The notes beneath the pieces were generated by a model that did not search any database, was not told the origin of the DNA, and saw nothing but the letters and a program-made list of their open reading frames with translations. 36,620 nucleotides of DNA from Heterodontus francisci (lineage: Eukaryota): contig NC_090411.1 in the NCBI RefSeq assembly GCF_036365525.1, positions 36,024,833 through 36,061,452 of the forward strand. Reading direction: 5' to 3'. Both the position numbers and the translations under genes were made by a program. Positions 33,401 to 36,620 of this stretch are shown in pieces (position 1 is the stretch's first letter; each line of letters begins with the position of its first letter).

Positions 33401-35288
33401 AGGTCTAGCACCCAAGCTACTGAGCATTTTGCCATTTACGTGGTGTATCTGGGTTTTCACCGATCTCCCAGTCGATTAGGAACCTTTGAGAAAATTCCTG
33501 CGTTTTTATCTGAATAAGTCAATATTGAGTTACAAACTGAGAACCCACTGTAACAGTTTTTGCAAAATTACACTCTTTCTAAAACCAACATTTAAAATCA
33601 GTAAGAATTATAATCAAGCCGAATTTTAAAAACTACCTTTTGTACAATGACTCACCTTGCTTTAAGTGGGTTTGCAGTGTACTTGGCTGTTGCTGTTGGG
33701 GAAAAATGAATAAACGTCAAAAGCTTGGATCAATTTTTGTATTGGAATCAATTGAAAGAGAGATCTGCAGATTGGATTAGCGCCAAGTTTACAAAGGTGA
33801 AAAGTCAGTGTCTACACCATTACACCAGGCAATCTCAGCCTTCAAACTCTTTTGAAGATGTGCCTCTTTACCGAGGCTTTGCCATTGCCTTATAAATTAA
33901 TCATACTGGCTCAGTTCCTGGAAAAGCTTCATTCGAGTACTGAAAGGATATTGTTCCAAAGTAACTTCATTAACTTTTAGCCATTTTTTAACGTTAGTTT
34001 TGTTTTGCTTCAAAACTTCACAGCAGGAACTATATATCATTGAGTGCAAAGCAAGTTAAGCTGGCGAAGTGCATTTCACAACTTTAATAGCTGGAGTTGT
34101 ATTATAGGCTTGGGGAAATGATCAGGTAGTATAAAAATGCAATTTTTACTTCTATCAATCCTGCAACAGTGTAAAAGTAGATATTAAACTATTTGTTTTG
34201 TTCCAAATACCAAGATTTCATTTTGCATAAGCAACCACCGAGTTATATTTCCATAGTTAAAGATATTCTAATACTGAAACTGCCAGATTAATGTGTAATT
34301 AATGATACAAACACATTGGGAGAGTACTCTCTCTCTCTAATTTATTCTCTAATATTAGCACATAATAAGACCCAGATAGACATATGCAGATTTGTGTCTA
34401 AATGTGCTGAGTTAGTGGTGGAGAGATTGCAATTCACCCTGAACCCCTGGGTTGGGGTGGGGACTTCCCACTCCTGATTCCTGTGTAACAACCCCCAGGG
34501 CTGTCTGCACCAAATGTTTTTTGCTATGTAACGCAACTGTACATTGCATATAAAATGAAACAGCAAAGGTTGTGAGGCTACCTCATGTTCTGTATGGAAG
34601 GAATCTGATCTCTATTGCACTTTCTGAAATGTCAAATTTGAACTGTTTTGTAATTTTTAAACAATTTTTCATGAATAACGTATATTTCTGGGGGGTGGGG
34701 AACTAACCCCCTCCCGGGTGACAATTGGAGCCAGGGTCTGGGTTTCCCTGTGGGGATTACCCTGTTGCCGCTGACTGAGCCCACACACCAAGAATGGGCA
34801 TTTGGAACAGCTACTGAAGGGTGCTAGGAACTGTTTCCCGGCAAGAAGCAGCACCTCCAGGTGAGGATGAGGCCGCGGCTTCCACCCAGGGCCCAATGTT
34901 TGAATTTCCGAAGCGTGGAAATTACATCTGAGCAGCACTTCAAACGAAATAAACCGTTCAGTTCCAACAACCAATCTGCGCACGGGCTATAGTGTCAATC
35001 ACACCAATAAACCAATAGAATTAATCGGAGGGCGGGAGTTACTCTGATTGACTAGATAAGCAACCAATAGATCTTGGCCAAAGGCGGGACCTCGGTCGGC
35101 GGCCCTGTTGTGGTTGTAAATACGCCGCGGATTTAATTAAACTCGTTCAACCAAAGTTGGGATAAAAAGCCGAGCTTATGAACATATTACAGGAGCCGCT
35201 TTAGTTTTCCTCAGAAAGAATTATCCCGGTTAAAAGGCTAAAAAAAAACCCCGCGCGATTCGCCTCTTACCTCACTTAACTTCACCAT
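6154..35288 (-). CDS. CCDC96: Coiled-coil domain-containing protein 96 (cilia- and flagella-associated protein 184), 12 coding exons, about 560 aa
   Basis: Exons 35271-35288, 33656-33692, 28488-28622, 27802-28017, 26946-26989, 23357-23546, 22099-22190, 17042-17195, 14317-14510, 12526->12726 (into gap), 9980-10117 and 6154-6408 join in frame with GT-AG sites. Glu-rich N-terminus; the C-terminus LIDYEQLKIENQSYSEKIEERNE...THIKEKLEY...REILTKTKQARD...CGLL...LLRDFEE matches the CCDC96 (DUF4201) family. Confidence 0.9.
6785..7035 (-). mobile_element. CR1 3' end fragment
   Basis: ccactctctgggtaaagaagtttctcctgaattc is typical of the CR1 ORF2 end. Confidence 0.7.
7036..8560 (-). mobile_element. CR1 LINE 3' fragment split by the Penelope insertion
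   Basis: ORF 8106-8564 (...GDLIETYKI) resumes at 7409 (TYKILTGLDR...NFFTQRVVNLWN). Confidence 0.92.
7410..8171 (-). mobile_element. Penelope-like retroelement 3' fragment (GIY-YIG endonuclease, frameshifted) with a degenerate hammerhead
   Basis: ORFs 7934-8158 (SNVMHEFQCQCDARYIGRTSQRLADRIKQH) and 7684-7968 (SAIGQHLL...LRVLDATYI) fit a PLE GIY-YIG domain. 12-bp TSD aattttgtatgt at 7398-7409 and 8172-8183. Confidence 0.85.
8803..8937 (-). mobile_element. Hammerhead element copy C (degenerate)
   Basis: Reverse strand TTGATGA-A-AGGTC atc AACCT-GAAA-TATTAAC plus the family body. Confidence 0.75.
8945..9952 (+). mobile_element. CR1 LINE fragment interrupted by hammerhead element D
   Basis: aaatatgccgatgatacc (KYADDT), LVRPQLEYCIQFWSP; the 3' end resumes at about 9700. 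Confidence 0.88.
9405..9700 (+). mobile_element. Hammerhead element copy D, 5'-extended, nested in CR1
   Basis: About 200-nt pyrimidine-rich leader homologous to copy I, then AGTT-ATGATGA-A-AGGTC aca GACTT-GAAA-CATTAACT (9601-9638). Confidence 0.75.
9980..10117 (-). CDS. CCDC96: CCDC96 exon 11
   Basis: ttttacag|GAA...CAG|gtacca; EVTKMRKKIEFTIGVMTHIKEKLEYVETENMEKKTQLMDLEAIVAQ; phase 0-0. Confidence 0.92.
11195..11930. repeat. GC-rich interspersed repeat, probably a decayed non-autonomous DNA element
   Basis: Sharp rise in GC and CpG within an AT-rich intron; internal repeat ggccct(t)[a/g]attggcct at about 11304 and 11770; no credible protein. Confidence 0.45.
12119..12471 (+). mobile_element. 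tRNA-derived SINE (HE1/V-SINE type)
   Basis: A box TGGCGCAGTGG, B box GGTTCAATTC, V-domain tgtgtggagtttgca...gtgggtttcctccgggtgctccggtttcctcccaca, CR1-like 3' end and (ctgtaa)n tail. Confidence 0.9.
12526..12726 (-). CDS. CCDC96: CCDC96 exon 10 (5' end lost in the N gap)
   Basis: IQTIEEQKEKEMRQIRFLTIKMKNKLKFYEHQLKAKEELAGGLNLIDYEQLKIENQSYSEKIEERNE; donor GAG|gtatac. Confidence 0.92.
12727..12886. other. Assembly gap covering the acceptor of CCDC96 exon 10
   Basis: Run of 160 N abutting open coding sequence. Confidence 0.98.
14317..14510 (-). CDS. CCDC96: CCDC96 exon 9
   Basis: tcttgcacag|AC; (D)TLAKLQAKYREEVKLYRKQ...RHAALL; donor CTG|gtaggt; phase 1-0. Confidence 0.88.
15138..15430. repeat. 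68-69 bp minisatellite, about 4 copies
   Basis: The motif tatcta recurs at 15144, 15212, 15281, 15350 and 15418; unit ctgtatctaaccccgtgctgtacctgccctgggagtgtttgatggggacaatgtagagggagctttact. Confidence 0.93.
15800..16930 (-). mobile_element. Cluster of decayed CR1 fragments
   Basis: LFPLARGSVTRGHRLKV (ORF 16008-16232), CR1/HE1 tail at 16595-16715, DVIYVDFLKAFDKVPHKR at about 16840-16900. Confidence 0.8.
17042..17195 (-). CDS. CCDC96: CCDC96 exon 8 (absent from the ORF track)
   Basis: gttgctcag|GCG; ALFVERQRLKNHNSQIQNKLADYYRKKKIEETNIELKKTHSDYEQRYVKFM; donor G|gtaagg; phase 0-1. Confidence 0.9.
17611..17826. repeat. Long imperfect inverted repeat (about 95-bp arms)
   Basis: ctgtcagtttcacagctgacaggtgctg...cagacagctttggg is mirrored by cccaaagctgtctg...cagcacctgtcagctgcgaaactgacag. 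Confidence 0.92.
17880..18305. repeat. GA/G-rich low-complexity polypurine tract
   Basis: (GA)n, GACA and G-run units over about 425 bp. Confidence 0.95.
19435..20655 (-). mobile_element. LINE family B fragment (with a short CR1-type 3' end inserted at about 20090-20190)
   Basis: GVPQGSVLSP and FTDD in ORF 20365-20583; the 3' part is the reverse complement of about 4200-4985. Confidence 0.88.
20660..21006 (+). mobile_element. tRNA-derived SINE (HE1/V-SINE type), second copy
   Basis: Highly similar to 12119-12471; interrupts a LINE; A-rich tail. Confidence 0.9.
21190..21960 (-). mobile_element. SacSINE1/DeuSINE-like SINE (split by CR1)
   Basis: ggatcttttacatccacctgagagggcaga and ctttacagccaatgaagtacttttgtagtgtagtcact are reverse complements of the Deu domain and tail. 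Confidence 0.72.
21480..21838 (+). mobile_element. Decayed CR1 3' fragment inserted in a DeuSINE
   Basis: gagatttgatagaggtgattaaaatcatgaagggtctagatag and tail ttctatgattctatg. Confidence 0.78.
22099..22190 (-). CDS. CCDC96: CCDC96 exon 7
   Basis: cttctgctag|AG; (E)TPTVEERDEDAEVEDGQASLERLELEYKYQ; donor CAA|gtaaat; phase 1-0. Confidence 0.85.
22815..23068 (+). mobile_element. Hammerhead element copy E (intact core) with an inverted partner copy
   Basis: AGTT-CTGAAGA(22900-06)-A-GGGTC act GACCC-GAAA-CGTT-AACT; perfect 14-bp TSD tctaaattgatagt at 22801-22814 and 23069-23082. Confidence 0.85.
23357..23546 (-). CDS. CCDC96: CCDC96 exon 6
   Basis: caataaccag|GAT GAA GAA; DEEAKEMEKQTASPLP...EPGTPERE; donor G|gtattc; phase 0-1. 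Confidence 0.8.
23896..24870 (-). mobile_element. Young 5'-truncated CR1/HER1 LINE (297-aa open RT C-terminus)
   Basis: YINDL...KFADDTK...LVRPHLEYCMQFWSP...LRGDLIEVYK with no stops; short-repeat tail aagaacaaagaacaaag. Confidence 0.95.
25146..25244 (+). mobile_element. Hammerhead element copy F
   Basis: CTGATGA-A-AGGTC gct GACCT-GAAA-CGCT (cleavage triplet mutated); perfect 13-bp TSD ttgagcttgacta at 25133-25145 and 25245-25257. Confidence 0.82.
25850..26780 (-). mobile_element. Decayed L2-type LINE fragment
   Basis: ttaaaggaggagagagatagaaaggcagagaagtttaggaagg and ctggaatagtagagtctggaggt resemble reverse-strand L2 ORF2; the same 3' end lies forward at about 390-710. Confidence 0.6.
26324..26425 (+). 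mobile_element. Hammerhead element copy G, nested in L2
   Basis: AGTT-CTGATGA-A-AGGTC atc GACCT-TAAG-CGTT-AACT (GAAA mutated). Confidence 0.78.
26946..26989 (-). CDS. CCDC96: CCDC96 exon 5 (44 bp)
   Basis: ttttaattctgaag|GA; (G)EKPVEPNMTVEKIA; donor GCT|gtgagt; its phase 1-0 reconciles exons 4 and 6. Confidence 0.65.
27802..28017 (-). CDS. CCDC96: CCDC96 exon 4 (Glu-rich)
   Basis: tttctctttctag|TT; (V)AEITEETAEKEKEQPEVG...EISSNV; donor G|gtatgt; phase 1-1. Confidence 0.8.
28488..28622 (-). CDS. CCDC96: CCDC96 exon 3 (Glu-rich)
   Basis: ttttttctcatctcag|AC; (D)TFIEEDEEEDWAEEDG...KAAQEQ; donor G|gtgaaa; phase 1-1. Confidence 0.8.
29030..29420 (+). mobile_element. SacSINE1/DeuSINE-like SINE, decayed (related remnants at about 6550-6665, 18950-19205, 28775-28860 and 31690-32300)
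   Basis: aaactgaggtcctgtctgcc...attggctg...cctacattccaacagtgactgcacttt...tggttataaagagctttggga. Confidence 0.65.
29423..29880 (-). mobile_element. CR1 3' fragment
   Basis: YKIMRGLDRVDRKDLFPL...NFFTQRVVGVWNSLP. Confidence 0.9.
30306..31620 (-). mobile_element. CR1/HER1 LINE RT fragment, disrupted
   Basis: LDFQKAFDKVPH, SGVPQGSVL, KFADDTK and LVRPHLGYCVQFWSP spread over three broken ORFs. Confidence 0.95.
32453..32591 (-). mobile_element. Hammerhead element copy H (intact core, sense to CCDC96)
   Basis: Reverse strand GTT-CTGAAGA-A-GGGTC act GACCT-GAAA-CGTT-AAT; TSD tattagta at 32445-32452 and 32592-32599. Confidence 0.82.
32750..33200 (+). mobile_element. CR1 3' fragment
   Basis: gagaggagatctgattaaaatgtacaatattttgagaggcctggatag; same subfamily as 29423-29880. 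Confidence 0.88.
33656..33692 (-). CDS. CCDC96: CCDC96 exon 2 (37 bp)
   Basis: ttcatttttccccaacag|CAA CAG CCA...AAG CAA G|gtgagt; QQPSTLQTHLKQ; phase 0-1 bridges exons 1 and 3. Confidence 0.7.
34965..35130. promoter_or_regulatory. CCAAT-box and GC-box cluster in CpG-rich DNA (CCDC96 intron 1)
   Basis: CCAAT at about 34971, 35004, 35012 and 35064; GGGCGGGA about 35030 and GGCGGGAC about 35082; CpG density well above background. Confidence 0.55.
35271..35288 (-). CDS. CCDC96: CCDC96 exon 1, coding part (MVKLSE)
   Basis: Strong Kozak ccaacATGG, donor GAG|gtaaga, CpG-rich context, X-box motifs immediately upstream. Confidence 0.7.
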
Positions 35289-35300
35289 GTTGGAGTCGCG

Positions 35301-35355
35301 GTTACTATGGAGATCCCAGCGTTCAAAGCGTCACCATGGTTAAAGGGACCGCCCC
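35301..35355 (-). promoter_or_regulatory. RFX X-box-like pair and GC box at the CCDC96 5' end
   Basis: GTTACTATGGAGAT (35301-35314) and GTCACCATGGTTAA (35330-35343) resemble GTNRCCATGGYAAC; CCGCCC near 35349. RFX control is typical of ciliary genes. Confidence 0.65.
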
Positions 35356-35700
35356 TCCCCAGGGTTCTGGGCTAAGTGACTCCAGTCTCATTCAACTTTC
35401 AGCCACTCGTTGCCATTAAAAGTTTAAAATATTCTATATTACAATCCAATTGTAAAATATAATGGGGAACAAATGCTGGAAATAAACATGTAGGGCAGCA
35501 TCTGAAAAAAGTCATAAATATTTAGGAGTTTACCCTTCATTAAACTGGAACTTTGCAATAGTGTCACTTGTGGTTTTATTTTGTAGCAATTTATCGCAGT
35601 TTTGAATGTGCGGAAGTTAGATAGTCAGGGAATGCTAGAAAGCTCATAATGGAAGATCAGCCTCTGTAGTTATAATAGAGTAACAAAGCTAGAGATTAAC

Positions 35701-35955
35701 TGAAATAAAAACAGAAAGTGCTGGAAATACTCAGCAGGTCTGGCAGCATCTGTGCAGAGAGAAGCAGAGTTAACATTTCAGGTCAGTGACCTTTCATCAG
35801 AACTGGCAAAGGTTAGAAAGAAATTAGGTTTTAAGCATGGGGGTGGGGGCAGCTGGTGGGAAGAGAACAAAAGGAGTGTGATAGGACAGAGGGCAGGAGA
35901 GATTAAATAACAAAGCTGTCATGGGACAAAGGCAAAGAGCGTGTTAATGCTCGTG
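35701..35955 (-). mobile_element. Hammerhead element copy I, 5'-extended
   Basis: Reverse strand AGTT-CTGATGA-A-AGGTC act GACCT-GAAA-TGTT-AACT preceded by the leader shared with copy D. Confidence 0.8.
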
Positions 35956-35971
35956 GTGATAGACAGAAGAC

Positions 35972-36620
35972 CGCGTGATATCAAGAAACGACTGAAGGCA
36001 CTGGATACTGCAAAGGCTATGGGCCCTGACAATATTCCAGCAACAGTACTGAAGACATGTGCTCCAGAATTTGCCGCACCCCTAGCCAAGCTGTTCTAGT
36101 ACAGCTACAACACTGGCATCTACCCTGCAATGTGGAAAATTGCCCAGGTATGTCCTGTACACAAAATGCAGGACAAATTCAACCCGGCCAATTACCGCCC
36201 CATCAGCCTACTCTCTATCATCAGTAAAGTGATGGAAGGTGTCATCAACAGTGCCATCAAGCAACACTTGCTTAGCAATAACCTGATCAGTGACGCTCAG
36301 TTTGGGTTCCGCCAGGGCCGCTCAGCTCCTGACCTCATTACAGCCTTGGTTCAAACATAGACAAAAGGGCTGAACTCAAGAGGTGAGGTTAGAGTAACTG
36401 CCCTTGACATCAAGGCAGTATTTGACCAAGTATGGCATCAAGGAGCCCTAGTAAAACTGAGGTCAATGGGAATCAGGGGGAAAACCCTCCACTGGCTGGA
36501 GTCATACCTAGCGCAAAGGAAGATGGTTGTGGTTGTTGGAGGTCAATCATCTGAGCTCCAGGACATCACTGCAGGAGTTCCTCAGGGTAGTGTCCTAGGT
36601 CCAACCATCTTCAGCTGCTT
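35972..36620 (+). mobile_element. LINE family B RT fragment running off the window end
   Basis: [17 protein letters not shown]...QFGFRQGRS...GVPQG; in-frame stops. Confidence 0.9.

Overview
Vertebrate genomic DNA, almost certainly from a shark (cartilaginous fish), judged from HE1/V-SINE, SacSINE1/DeuSINE-like and CR1/HER1-type repeats. It holds two convergent spliced genes. On the + strand is a photoreceptor cGMP phosphodiesterase-6 inhibitory gamma subunit (PDE6G/PDE6H family, 3 coding exons, 81 aa, 2263-5267). On the - strand is a 12-exon CCDC96/CFAP184 ciliary coiled-coil gene (35288-6154, about 560 aa, one acceptor hidden in an N gap) with RFX X-box-like motifs just upstream of its ATG. 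The introns are full of LINE, SINE, hAT and Penelope remnants. The most striking unannotated signal is a short interspersed element at nine loci that carries a minimal type I hammerhead ribozyme motif (AGUU-CUGA[U/A]GA-A-stem II-GAAA-CGUU-AACU). It shows compensatory stem II changes, 8-14 bp target-site duplications and fold-back insertion structures. A separate GIY-YIG Penelope-like fragment with its own degenerate hammerhead sits inside a CR1 between 12-bp TSDs. Coordinates were read by eye; repeat boundaries are approximate and no database search was run.
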